Positions 10,770 to 19,944 of a stretch of 64,000 nt of DNA are shown here, piece by piece. The position numbers and the translations under genes are program-made. The stretch is taken from positions 32,001 through 96,000 of the forward strand of contig CAVWIG010000015.1 of NCBI GenBank assembly GCA_963754945.1, read 5' to 3'. Below the pieces are notes generated by a model, which was not told the origin of the DNA, made no database searches, and saw only the letters and a program-made list of their open reading frames with translations. Origin of the DNA: Methanotrichaceae archaeon. GTDB taxonomy: Archaea; Halobacteriota; Methanosarcinia; Methanotrichales; Methanotrichaceae. How positions within the stretch are numbered: position 1 is the stretch's first letter; each line of letters opens with the position of its first letter.

Positions 10770-11003
10770 GATGCTGTTCAATTCGATTGATTCTCTCATT
10801 TTGGAATGACGCATTTCTTCAGAAGCTGCCCCAATTCTGTCTGCCAGAGCGTCATCCTGACCAATCTCATCCAGGATCTCTGAAAGTTTCCGTTTGGCTG
10901 GGAAGTTCTGCATAATAACCTCCGAAAAGCTCTGATTCTCACCTTTTCGACTATTCAGCCTGTTATAAGCCTCTTCTGTTATGGTTATTGTCTTGGTTGA
11001 CAT
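10728..11003 (-). CDS. Archaeal VapB-type (DUF217) antitoxin, no adjacent toxin
   Basis: MSTKTITITEEAYNRL...K...SFSEVI signature. Confidence 0.8.
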   Translation of the reverse strand: MSTKTITITEEAYNRLNSRKGENQSFSEVIMQNFPAKRKLSEILDEIGQDDALADRIGAASEEMRHSKMRESIELNSISRLIAALFPRSLL

Positions 11004-11269
11004 GCTTGAACATACGTGTAGGTGCTTGAATTCATTTAGATCTTCAGGCACCATGTCCGTAATTTCGATTCAGGCCGAGCCAGTTTAATTACTGTTCTGT
11101 TCTTTTTCAACGCTCACAAGCAAGCTGCTTAATGCATTTTTGTCTAACGGACATTGAGGCAGGCTAAGCTGAGTTACAGAGAGCGCGAATAATCACTTAC
11201 AATGTCTTCAATTGAAGTTCCACCATACTATCGAAGGGCTTATAACCGCAGCCTATAATTGTAGAGACT

Positions 11270-11704
11270 ATGGGGATTTGTACAAGGCATGCGATTTTGT
11301 TTCTGGCGGTCATGTTATCCGCCTTCATCTGTCTTCCTCACGCTAAAAGCTGTGGAGGGTCTTGTGCAGTCAGCGGAGGTTCTTCTTACGACTTCATGGG
11401 CGACCCAGCAGTCAACATTGACATGCCCAGCTATGATGAGTTTGCGAGAGACAACCTCGGCAACCATCAAACGACATTACCTGCGAAATCTCTCTCGCGG
11501 GAGATTCTTTCAAATAACAATTCATCCTTTAACCAAACCAACAAAGGCAATGTAAGTCAGAACAGCTCTGCAGTCAGCCGTGTAATCGATAGCCCAGTAA
11601 ACACGACATCCGATAACACGCCGGTTAAATTGGGAGCCTTAGGCATGCAGGACAAGAGACTATCAACTCTGGCTCTTACTACTTTCAATAACAATATGTT
11701 CTAG
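11270..11704 (+). CDS. Secreted hypothetical protein
   Basis: Signal-peptide-like N-terminus, CGGSC motif, N-rich tail. Confidence 0.6.
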   Translation: MGICTRHAILFLAVMLSAFICLPHAKSCGGSCAVSGGSSYDFMGDPAVNIDMPSYDEFARDNLGNHQTTLPAKSLSREILSNNNSSFNQTNKGNVSQNSSAVSRVIDSPVNTTSDNTPVKLGALGMQDKRLSTLALTTFNNNMF

Positions 11705-11793
11705 GCGGAATTCCTGGTGAAGCTGAAGGGTGATTTTAAACCATCCAATCACCTTTAGCGAGATTTTCTTCTATACACTGTAGAAGTCCAATT

Positions 11794-12004
11794 TGCTGGA
11801 CCTCATCCTGGTTTCGCGGACCCTTTTGGCTTACTTCCGGGGTTCGGAGGTACATAATGAACTTTTGCATGAAAAGTCAATAGTCTTCACTCCAAGGATA
11901 TTCTATTCCCGAGTCCGACCACGCACTGGTGGTGGCTGAGTTCGAGCTGCCAGAGTCAAGAATAAATGGGCCATAGGATCGCGGCTGCAGGTGCTGAAGG
12001 ATTC
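11794..12004 (+). repeat. Diverged second copy of the EEP gene 3' end
   Basis: Aligns to about 10519-10729 (LDHILVSRTLLAYFRGSEVHNELLH...SDHA...gaaggattc), mostly third-position changes. Confidence 0.9.
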
Positions 12005-12106
12005 GAACTATGCAGAAGACCTTCAATCGAGCCATGCATAGGCATCCTTACCTGGATTTTATCAAACTTCAGAGTGCCTGCCTTAAAATCGATTTAATGG
12101 GCTGGA

Positions 12107-12441
12107 CTAAAGCTTCAAACAAACATCCAGGGCCTTGTTAACTTCGGCCCTCAAGGATTTATCGGCTGTCCCAAGCAGACCCACTATAAAATGAGTCTTT
12201 ATTGTTGCTATTTTATTTAACTTTATGACCGAATTCCACTTAAGGCCAGACTCATCAAAAGGAGATGTACCTCTCGTTATAAGACATCACTAGGAGCGGG
12301 GATTACGGGAACCCTCGATGAAATGTAGGCGATTGTTGTCTCATTTTCTATGCTATCTTCATAGAGAATCAACGCTGGCCTCCGCTTCACTGTGCTGAGG
12401 TCGGAATTTGGAAAAGGAACGAGTACGATATCTCCCTTCAT
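12107..12441 (-). pseudogene. PemK/MazF-family toxin with two small frameshifts
   Basis: Manual translation MKGDIVLVPFPNSDLSTVKRRPALIL...SGLKV.S.IKLNKIATIK...VGLLG; ATGA overlap with the upstream gene; not in the ORF track. Confidence 0.8.
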
Positions 12442-12620
12442 CGGTATCGGACTTTCAGATCATCGTCCTTATAAATATCGGGTTCACTCGCTAAAAAGTC
12501 GTGTAGTGATATCTCCGAGATCTTCATGAGTGCATCGGTAATCTTCCTTTCGTCTCCTGGCTCTTCCAGGTCGTAAGGGAGATCATCCGGCGCAGTCCTG
12601 CTCTCTAGACTCTCACACAT
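12438..12620 (-). CDS. Probable cognate antitoxin of the PemK/MazF toxin
   Basis: 60-aa acidic ORF ending SEISLHDFLASEPDIYKDDDLKVRYR, translationally coupled (ATGA) to the toxin. Confidence 0.65.
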   Translation of the reverse strand: MCESLESRTAPDDLPYDLEEPGDERKITDALMKISEISLHDFLASEPDIYKDDDLKVRYR

Positions 12621-12687
12621 AGATATTACCTTCAGGTTCTTGCTATTTAAACACTGGGAAAAGACCAAATGAGGCTGATTCGCTACC

Positions 12688-12951
12688 ACGTGAGGAACAC
12701 GGAAACATGGACTTGGCCACGCGGGTAATGTACCAACGGAGCGCAACATCCCCGAGCCTGCCAGGTATTTGTTCCTGCACAGCGGTAAGGGGAAGATGCT
12801 GGACCACATACTGGTCTCCCGTTACCTTGCTGGCCTACTTCAGGGGGCTCGGATGTCATAAGGAGCTGCTTCACGACGAGTCGATAGTCTTCACTCCAAA
12901 GGATATTCTATCCCGAGTCCGACCACGCCCCAGTGTTGCGGAATTCGAGCT
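12688..12951 (+). repeat. Diverged third copy of the EEP gene 3' end
   Basis: Aligns to about 10407-10672 (ggaaacatggactt...gagtcgatagtcttcactccaa...ttcgagct) with indels. Confidence 0.9.
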
Positions 12952-12963
12952 AACCTGCATGGA

Positions 12964-13221
12964 TTACCACCAATCCATCTTAAAGAATGCATAAACGCCT
13001 AGAACCATGAGGAAACATATTAGGAAAATAACATCTGATATGTTTAATGGAAAACCATCGCCTTGTTTCGAAAGGGCCGAGAGATTGACACCAAGTATTC
13101 CTCCAATTACTGCCGGAATGATAGCAAGACATGTAATGGCGGCGATTTTTTTCATGATTCTGTTCGTGTCATAGGAAACATTATTTGTATGCAATTCTAT
13201 TAAGGATGCGAGGTCTTCCTT
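12964..13221 (-). pseudogene. C-terminal transmembrane part of a CorA/ZntB-family transporter (fragment 4 of the split gene)
   Basis: DLASLIELHTNNVSYDTNRIMK...IGGILGVN...FFKMDWW; joins in frame to 17052-17339 through the 8-bp TSD. Confidence 0.85.
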
Positions 13222-14492
13222 GGCAGTGTAACGATTTTTCTGTACTTTGATAATAAGAATGATTATCGGCCCTGTATCCTATCCAATCTTGAGAAAAGGA
13301 GGACACAGGACCATGATACCCATAGCACTCTTGGAAGATTACCTTATCGATCAGGAAGATGGACTAAAGAAGCTTCTGACCTGGTTCTTGAACCTTGTAA
13401 TGCAGCTAGAAGCGGCGCAACAGGCAGATGCAGAACCGTATCAGAGAGTCGAATCCCGAAAGGCACATAGGAATGGCTACAAGGAAAGATCTCTGAAGAC
13501 GCGAGTTGGAGAGCTCCGACTCAAGAAACCTCAATTCCGTGAAATTTCCTTCGAAACCAAGGTGTTCGACAGATTTTCGCGCGTAGAGAAGGCTTTGGTC
13601 AACGCTGTACTCGAATCGTATCTCCAGGGGGTTTCAACCAGGAGAATCCAAGATATTGTCTCTCGATTTGGCATCGAGAATTTATCTGCCTCTAGCGTTT
13701 CCAGGATATCCAAAGAGCTTGACGAGAAGGTAGAAGAATTCCTGAAGAAACCTATCGAACGTCCTATTCCTTATCTTTATGTAGATGCAAGCTACTTCAA
13801 AGTAAGAACAGAATCAAGATATGTTACCAAAGCTTTCATGATCGTCACAGGTGTTAGAGATGACGGTTATCGCGAGATACTTGGCGCAAGAATAGCTGAC
13901 AGTGAAGATGAACTCTTCTGGTCGGGATTATTTCAAGATCTGGCGGATCGTGGGTTGTCCGGAGTAAAGCTCGTGATATCAGATGGTCATAAGGGAATCC
14001 AGAAAGCGGTTGAGAAATCATTTCTTGGTGCTTCATGGCAAATGTGTCACGTTCACTTTTCAAGAGCGGTCTTGAGAAACGTTGCCAAGAAGTATCATAA
14101 GGAGATCGCCGATAAGATCAAGATCGCTCTGGAAGACGAAATCAAGATACAGGACTTAGCGAAAGAATTGAGGGAAAGAGGTTATGCGAAATCTGCTGAC
14201 ACTATCGACCGCTTCAGATTCAGTCTGTGGAATTACAGGGCATTCCCCAGAGGTCACTGGAGAAGGATTCGGACTACAAACGGGCTGGAGAGGATCAACA
14301 AGGAGCTGAAAAGAAGATCCAGGGTAGTCGGTGCCTTCCCAAGTGAGAGCTCGTTCATGAGGTTAGGGGTTTCGATCCTCATCGATATCAACGAAGAATG
14401 GCTGACCGCTAAAAAGTATTTATCTATGGATGCTGATTGAGTATGTTGGGATACAGGGCAACTCCAAATTACAGAAATCTCGGCACACTACC
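13222..14492 (+). mobile_element. IS256-family element, copy 1 (1271 bp)
   Basis: Imperfect TIRs ggcagtgtaacgatttttctgta / tacagaaatctcggcacactacc; flanks tcttcctt and ctgagttc. Confidence 0.95.
13313..14440 (+). CDS. IS256-family transposase
   Basis: RNGY, GVSTR, YVDA, ISDGHKG, QMCHVHF, TTNGLERINKELKRR. Confidence 0.95.
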   Translation: MIPIALLEDYLIDQEDGLKKLLTWFLNLVMQLEAAQQADAEPYQRVESRKAHRNGYKERSLKTRVGELRLKKPQFREISFETKVFDRFSRVEKALVNAVLESYLQGVSTRRIQDIVSRFGIENLSASSVSRISKELDEKVEEFLKKPIERPIPYLYVDASYFKVRTESRYVTKAFMIVTGVRDDGYREILGARIADSEDELFWSGLFQDLADRGLSGVKLVISDGHKGIQKAVEKSFLGASWQMCHVHFSRAVLRNVAKKYHKEIADKIKIALEDEIKIQDLAKELRERGYAKSADTIDRFRFSLWNYRAFPRGHWRRIRTTNGLERINKELKRRSRVVGAFPSESSFMRLGVSILIDINEEWLTAKKYLSMDAD

Positions 14493-15536
14493 CTGAGTTC
14501 AGCGCAAATAAGATATTCAGTGACGACTTGATGATTGCTCTTGCAGCAATTCTAGCCTTCGTCGTGATTCTTCCGTCACAGCATTTTCTTACATTCTCTC
14601 CGGCAATGGAAGCAATCTTTGAAAGTCTTTACTACCCAATCATTGCTGCATTTGTTGCAGAATACGTTTCGAAGTTTTATATAGCCGAATCGAAGAGGAC
14701 TTTCATCACAAATCCTTGGAAGATCCTTGATCTTCTCATTATCATTCTTGCATTATCCGATTTCTTGAATTCGATTCCAACCATCCCTTATTTGTCGGAT
14801 TATCAAATTGATTCGCCTATGTTGCGATTGTTACGGGTACCTCGTCCCCTTTTCGGACTCATTTCTGCAACTATCGCATCTACACGCAACAAAAAGCCTC
14901 CTGATACAATTGAGCCGCCAGCATCTAAGCTACAGATCTCAACGCTCGAAATTGACAAACAAGGCAAAAAGGTTGTCAGAAGGTGCTCAATGGGAGAGTC
15001 GTGTTGCATGTTTGCGAGAGAAGAACATCCGCGTTGGTTTGACCTCCATCTCAATACTGAAATGGAACCCGACAAAACAAAGGCAAAAATTGTCAGAAAG
15101 TGTTCTGTAGAAGAGTCGTGCTATCCTATAACGAGTGATGGACAACCACGTTGGATTGATCTTCAACTTATTACCGAAATAGATCTCGATCGTATCGCAA
15201 GCTAATAACTATTTCTCGCGAAGACATCGACAAAAAGCTGGTTAAAAGGTCAATTCCAAGGATAGACCATATTGATGGTATCTCAACTCCAACAATATTC
15301 TTATCGGATCTCCAATTCAATCCACCTGATCATAAGTTTAATTCAAATGAACCTAATGATTCGGACCTCAATATTACTATAAACAATATGCTGATAGTTT
15401 GCAAAAATAACAACATAATCACTTTAAGTAAACTAAGAAGCAAACTATTTGACGAAATATGCAAGCCACCTGAATCTAACCTGTTACCACTAAAAGAGGA
15501 AACCTTCGCGGTTGGTGTTTTGTATTCCATACTAAA
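14493..15536 (+). pseudogene. Inverted fragment 2 of the split gene: S1-S4 ion-transport (voltage-sensor-like) helices plus the start of the CorA cytoplasmic domain; frameshift near 15199
   Basis: FVAEYVSK, NPWKILDLL, LRLLRVPR, then RWIDLQ...PRID...IITL; in frame with 18611-18709 across the TSD ctgagttc. Confidence 0.75.
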
Positions 15537-15589
15537 CCCTCATGATTCGTTGACTCATACATGGAGCATGAGAAACCTGATTGCCTCAT

Positions 15590-15760
15590 CTAACCTTAAT
15601 ATGGTTGATATGGGCAGTGAAGGCTGTTTTATTTTTGGGACCACGATCCTGTAATCTAAACTAGCCATCAAACCGCTCGCATACATGGATGCGTCTTTGA
15701 ACGCGTATGGGAAAATGTCCCTACGAGGGTTTAAGGATCTGCCCATATCAGGCCAGGTTA
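15590..15760 (+). ncRNA. Candidate IS110 bridge RNA
   Basis: Perfect 12-bp long-range helix (15606-15617 with 15739-15750) enclosing two internal-loop stem-loops, upstream of the recombinase. Confidence 0.55.
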
Positions 15761-15764
15761 AAAT

Positions 15765-17012
15765 ATGGAGCAGCAAAGGAATAAAGTTTGCGGAGTTGAC
15801 ATCCACAAGAGATTTCTTGTTGCCACAATCCTCACACGAGACGGAACCAAACTGCAGAAGCGGTTTGAGACTAACATCGATGATCTATTGAATTTCAGAG
15901 ATTGGGTCATCAGGGAAAATTGTGATTGTGTGGCTATTGAGTCGACTGGAGTCTATTGGTATCCAGTTCATGCCGTTCTAGAAAATAAGGTCGAGCTGAT
16001 ATTGGCTAATGCACATCAGATCAAACATACTCCCGGCAGAAAGACGGATGCTTTAGATTCAGAATGGATCGCAGAGGTTGCTCTCAACAATCAGATTGAT
16101 CCATCGAGGATATTACCGAAAGAAGATCGAGAGCTTAGAAGATTGACACGAACAAGAGAAAGTCTAGTCAAAATCAGATCTCAGATGAAGAACCAAGTTC
16201 ACCAAGGACTGGAATCATGTAGCATAAAGCTCTCTTCCGTTCTATCGGACAGCTTTGGCAAATCAGGGAGATATATCCTGGACAGCTTGATCAAGGGAAA
16301 GAACATCGATGAGGTTATTGCTGGAATTCCTTCGAAGAGGGTCAGAAATAATGGTGATCAGATACGAGCGGCAATTAAAACCGGTCTAGACCAAATCCAA
16401 GTATTTCTTATCCAATCTCATCTGGACACCATTGACTGCTTAACGCAAAAGCTCGATGATATCGATCTTGAGATAAAGCAAAGGGTCTCCGGAAGAACAG
16501 AAGATTTGAAGATCGCCATGTCTGTACCAGGTATAGGATTCACAGCGGCTACAACTATTCTAGCAGAGATAGGGAATTACAGGGACTTCAGTACTCCCGA
16601 TAAACTTGCTGCTTGGTGTGGATTAGTCCCCAGTGTGTACCAATCGGCAGACAAGCTCATTACAGGTAGCATTACGAAACAAGGTTCAAAGCACATCCGT
16701 TGGATACTCGTCCAGGTTGCTCAAGCCGCAGCCAAAAAGAAAGGGTCGAAGCTTAGGAAGTTCTTTCTCAGGGTTAAGGCCAGAAAAGGGCATAACGTGG
16801 CGATCGTGGCTTTAGCCAGAAAGATCCTCTGCATTTTGTATCATCTTCTAATGAACCAGGAAATTTATCAAGAAGATGGGGCGGAGAAATCAAGAACATC
16901 TAGGATCGATTGGTCTTCCTCGACAACTGGTAAGATGAGTCTCCAAACCATGATTGAGATCATTGCCAAAGCAGGTTATGAGGTGAAGAAAATTGAACGA
17001 GATGGGGTTTAG
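15765..17012 (+). CDS. IS110-family recombinase/transposase
   Basis: GVDIHK, IESTGVYW, KTDALD (DEDD); VPGIG, GLVPSVYQS (catalytic Ser), VALARK. Confidence 0.95.
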   Translation: MEQQRNKVCGVDIHKRFLVATILTRDGTKLQKRFETNIDDLLNFRDWVIRENCDCVAIESTGVYWYPVHAVLENKVELILANAHQIKHTPGRKTDALDSEWIAEVALNNQIDPSRILPKEDRELRRLTRTRESLVKIRSQMKNQVHQGLESCSIKLSSVLSDSFGKSGRYILDSLIKGKNIDEVIAGIPSKRVRNNGDQIRAAIKTGLDQIQVFLIQSHLDTIDCLTQKLDDIDLEIKQRVSGRTEDLKIAMSVPGIGFTAATTILAEIGNYRDFSTPDKLAAWCGLVPSVYQSADKLITGSITKQGSKHIRWILVQVAQAAAKKKGSKLRKFFLRVKARKGHNVAIVALARKILCILYHLLMNQEIYQEDGAEKSRTSRIDWSSSTTGKMSLQTMIEIIAKAGYEVKKIERDGV

Positions 17013-17051
17013 GTCCCCCCTTCTCGGTTTTTGAAGGTTTCTCATGGGAAA

Positions 17052-17339
17052 TCAAAAAATGAGCCACTACTACGAGATCATCCAACTCATAAAAAATGAG
17101 TTTGAGGAAGATAATCTGGAAAAGACATCACCTACCTTCCTTAAAGATGCCTTTCACTTAAAGGAAGAGATTCAAAAGGTTAATAGCAGCCTTTGGCATT
17201 TTCACCAAGTTGTACGTCAAATAAAAGAGCATAAGATCGGAACTACATTTGACTTGAAAATAAAAGACAACAGATATTTTGATGATCTTCATGAAGATTC
17301 AGATTTCATGCTAAAAAGCATTCAAAATATCAAGGAAGA
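17052..17339 (+). pseudogene. Inverted fragment 3 of the CorA-like gene (helical stalk region)
   Basis: QKMSHYYEIIQ...YFDDLHED...QNIKE continues in frame into 13221 (-). Confidence 0.8.
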
Positions 17340-18610
17340 GGTAGTGTGCCGAGATTTCTGTAATTTGGAGTTGCCCTGTATCCCAACATACTCAATCAGC
17401 ATCCATAGATAAATACTTTTTAGCGGTCAGCCATTCTTCGTTGATATCGATGAGGATCGAAACCCCTAACCTCATGAACGAGCTCTCACTTGGGAAGGCA
17501 CCGACTACCCTGGATCTTCTTTTCAGCTCCTTGTTGATCCTCTCCAGCCCGTTTGTAGTCCGAATCCTTCTCCAGTGACCTCTGGGGAATGCCCTGTAAT
17601 TCCACAGACTGAATCTGAAGCGGTCGATAGTGTCAGCAGATTTCGCATAACCTCTTTCCCTCAATTCTTTCGCTAAGTCCTGTATCTTGATTTCGTCTTC
17701 CAGAGCGATCTTGATCTTATCGGCGATCTCCTTATGATACTTCTTGGCAACGTTTCTCAAGACCGCTCTTGAAAAGTGAACGTGACACATTTGCCATGAA
17801 GCACCAAGAAATGATTTCTCAACCGCTTTCTGGATTCCCTTATGACCATCTGATATCACGAGCTTTACTCCGGACAACCCACGATCCGCCAGATCTTGAA
17901 ATAATCCCGACCAGAAGAGTTCATCTTCACTGTCAGCTATTCTTGCGCCAAGTATCTCGCGATAACCGTCATCTCTAACACCTGTGACGATCATGAAAGC
18001 TTTGGTAACATATCTTGATTCTGTTCTTACTTTGAAGTAGCTTGCATCTACATAAAGATAAGGAATAGGACGTTCGATAGGTTTCTTCAGGAATTCTTCT
18101 ACCTTCTCGTCAAGCTCTTTGGATATCCTGGAAACGCTAGAGGCAGATAAATTCTCGATGCCAAATCGAGAGACAATATCTTGGATTCTCCTGGTTGAAA
18201 CCCCCTGGAGATACGATTCGAGTACAGCGTTGACCAAAGCCTTCTCTACGCGCGAAAATCTGTCGAACACCTTGGTTTCGAAGGAAATTTCACGGAATTG
18301 AGGTTTCTTGAGTCGGAGCTCTCCAACTCGCGTCTTCAGAGATCTTTCCTTGTAGCCATTCCTATGTGCCTTTCGGGATTCGACTCTCTGATACGGTTCT
18401 GCATCTGCCTGTTGCGCCGCTTCTAGCTGCATTACAAGGTTCAAGAACCAGGTCAGAAGCTTCTTTAGTCCATCTTCCTGATCGATAAGGTAATCTTCCA
18501 AGAGTGCTATGGGTATCATGGTCCTGTGTCCTCCTTTTCTCAAGATTGGATAGGATACAGGGCCGATAATCATTCTTATTATCAAAGTACAGAAAAATCG
18601 TTACACTGCC
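17340..18610 (-). mobile_element. IS256-family element, copy 2 (1271 bp, inverted)
   Basis: Same ends and identical protein as copy 1; flanks aaggaaga and gaactcag. Confidence 0.95.
17392..18519 (-). CDS. IS256-family transposase
   Basis: Identical translation to copy 1. Confidence 0.95.
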   Translation of the reverse strand: MIPIALLEDYLIDQEDGLKKLLTWFLNLVMQLEAAQQADAEPYQRVESRKAHRNGYKERSLKTRVGELRLKKPQFREISFETKVFDRFSRVEKALVNAVLESYLQGVSTRRIQDIVSRFGIENLSASSVSRISKELDEKVEEFLKKPIERPIPYLYVDASYFKVRTESRYVTKAFMIVTGVRDDGYREILGARIADSEDELFWSGLFQDLADRGLSGVKLVISDGHKGIQKAVEKSFLGASWQMCHVHFSRAVLRNVAKKYHKEIADKIKIALEDEIKIQDLAKELRERGYAKSADTIDRFRFSLWNYRAFPRGHWRRIRTTNGLERINKELKRRSRVVGAFPSESSFMRLGVSILIDINEEWLTAKKYLSMDAD

Positions 18611-18709
18611 GAACTCAGCTACTTCATGCAGTTTTTTTTCGATAACCTTACATGCTTTATGTAGCCTTATTTTCCAGGATTCACCTTGCTGAACATCGTC
18701 ATCCTCCAT
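18611..18709 (-). pseudogene. N-terminal 33 codons (fragment 1) of the split VSD-CorA gene
   Basis: MEDDDVQQGESWKIRLHKACKVIEKKLHEVAEF joins SANKIFSDDLMIAL (from 14501) in frame. Confidence 0.75.
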
Positions 18710-18916
18710 TTTCAATCCCTCTTGAAAGAGCATCGTTAATCTACTATAAAAACATTGCAAGAGATTGATTCTCCATTGACGGCCAATATGCTATATGGGC
18801 TGGTATTTTCAATGGGCAAACAAATGTTATGGTTCTTAACATTCAATCCAAATAGATAGATATAAATTAAAATTAAAATAGAGCGAAAGGCAAGAGCTTT
18901 GCCAACCTCTGCGATT

Positions 18917-19792
18917 TTATTTCCTGCGTATCATCGTCCCAATCCCTTCGTCCGTCAGCAGCTCCAAGAGAATGGCGTGCGGCTTCCTGCCATCGATGAT
19001 GTGGGCCTTCTCCACTCCGCCCTCCACCGTCCGAACGCAGGCTTCCACCTTGGGGATCATGCCGCCCTTGATAACGCCGTCCTCAACCAGTCGCTCGAAG
19101 TCGGAGACCGGAAACTCGGAGATCACAGTGTTCGGGTCGTTGGGGTCCATCCGGACGCCTTCGACATCCGTTATGGAGATGAACTTCTTGGCGTGCATAG
19201 CAATGGCTATTGCTCCGGCGGCGGTGTCGGCGTTGACATTCAGGTTGTTGCCCTCATCGTCAACGGCAATTGGTGAGATGACAGGGATGTAGCCCTTGCC
19301 AGCGGTGATCATGATGATCTCCGGGTTGACGGACTCCACATCGCCCACCCAGCCCAGGTCCACAGGCTCTCTTCCCTGAATTTTGACTGGCGCCTTCTTC
19401 CTGGCCTTGAGGAACATGCCGTCCTGGCCTGAGAGGCCGATGCCCTTGCCGCCGTATTTGCCGATAAGGGAAACAAGCTCTGCGTTGATGTTGCCCAGAA
19501 GGACCATGCGGGCTATCTGCAGGGTCTCCTTGTCCGTGACCCGCAGGCCGCCCACGAACTCGGCCTTCTTGCCGAACCTCTCCATGGCCTCGGAGATCTC
19601 CGGGCCGCCGCCGTGAACTATTACCGGATGAATGCCGATGTACCTGAGCAGGACGATGTCCTGGATGAAATCCTCCAAGACCGCCTTGTCGGACATGATG
19701 GAGCCACCGATTTTGGCCACCATGACAGAGTCGTAAAACTCGCGAATGTAAGGCAAAGCCTCAATGAGCACCTGTTCTCTCTTGATGGACAC
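18917..19792 (-). CDS. argB: Acetylglutamate kinase
   Basis: EALPYI, KIGG, VHGGGPEI, GLRVTD, NVNAD, GGMIPK, GIGT. Confidence 0.95.
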   Translation of the reverse strand: MSIKREQVLIEALPYIREFYDSVMVAKIGGSIMSDKAVLEDFIQDIVLLRYIGIHPVIVHGGGPEISEAMERFGKKAEFVGGLRVTDKETLQIARMVLLGNINAELVSLIGKYGGKGIGLSGQDGMFLKARKKAPVKIQGREPVDLGWVGDVESVNPEIIMITAGKGYIPVISPIAVDDEGNNLNVNADTAAGAIAIAMHAKKFISITDVEGVRMDPNDPNTVISEFPVSDFERLVEDGVIKGGMIPKVEACVRTVEGGVEKAHIIDGRKPHAILLELLTDEGIGTMIRRK

Positions 19793-19944
19793 CTTTGTTG
19801 CTCCTAATCTTGTAAACTTCTTATTCCTTATTACCGATCTTCGGCCTAGCCTTATTAAATTGATGGCTTTACGATTGCCTCTTACGATGGCTTGCCCAGC
19901 AGGCTTTCTAATCCCAATAATCCCAATACCAATTTTCCTCAGTC

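Larger units (their letters stand above)
15537..17051 (+). mobile_element. IS110-family element inserted in the CorA-like gene (boundary ambiguous within an A-run)
   Basis: Removing it restores tcc ata cta aat caa aaa atg (SILNQKM); no long TIRs or TSD; 228-bp non-coding left end. Confidence 0.88.

Noticed and set aside
10407-12951. EEP repeats as a diversity-generating retroelement TR/VR pair
   Set aside because: Mismatches are not adenine-specific, they include indels, and no reverse transcriptase is present in the window
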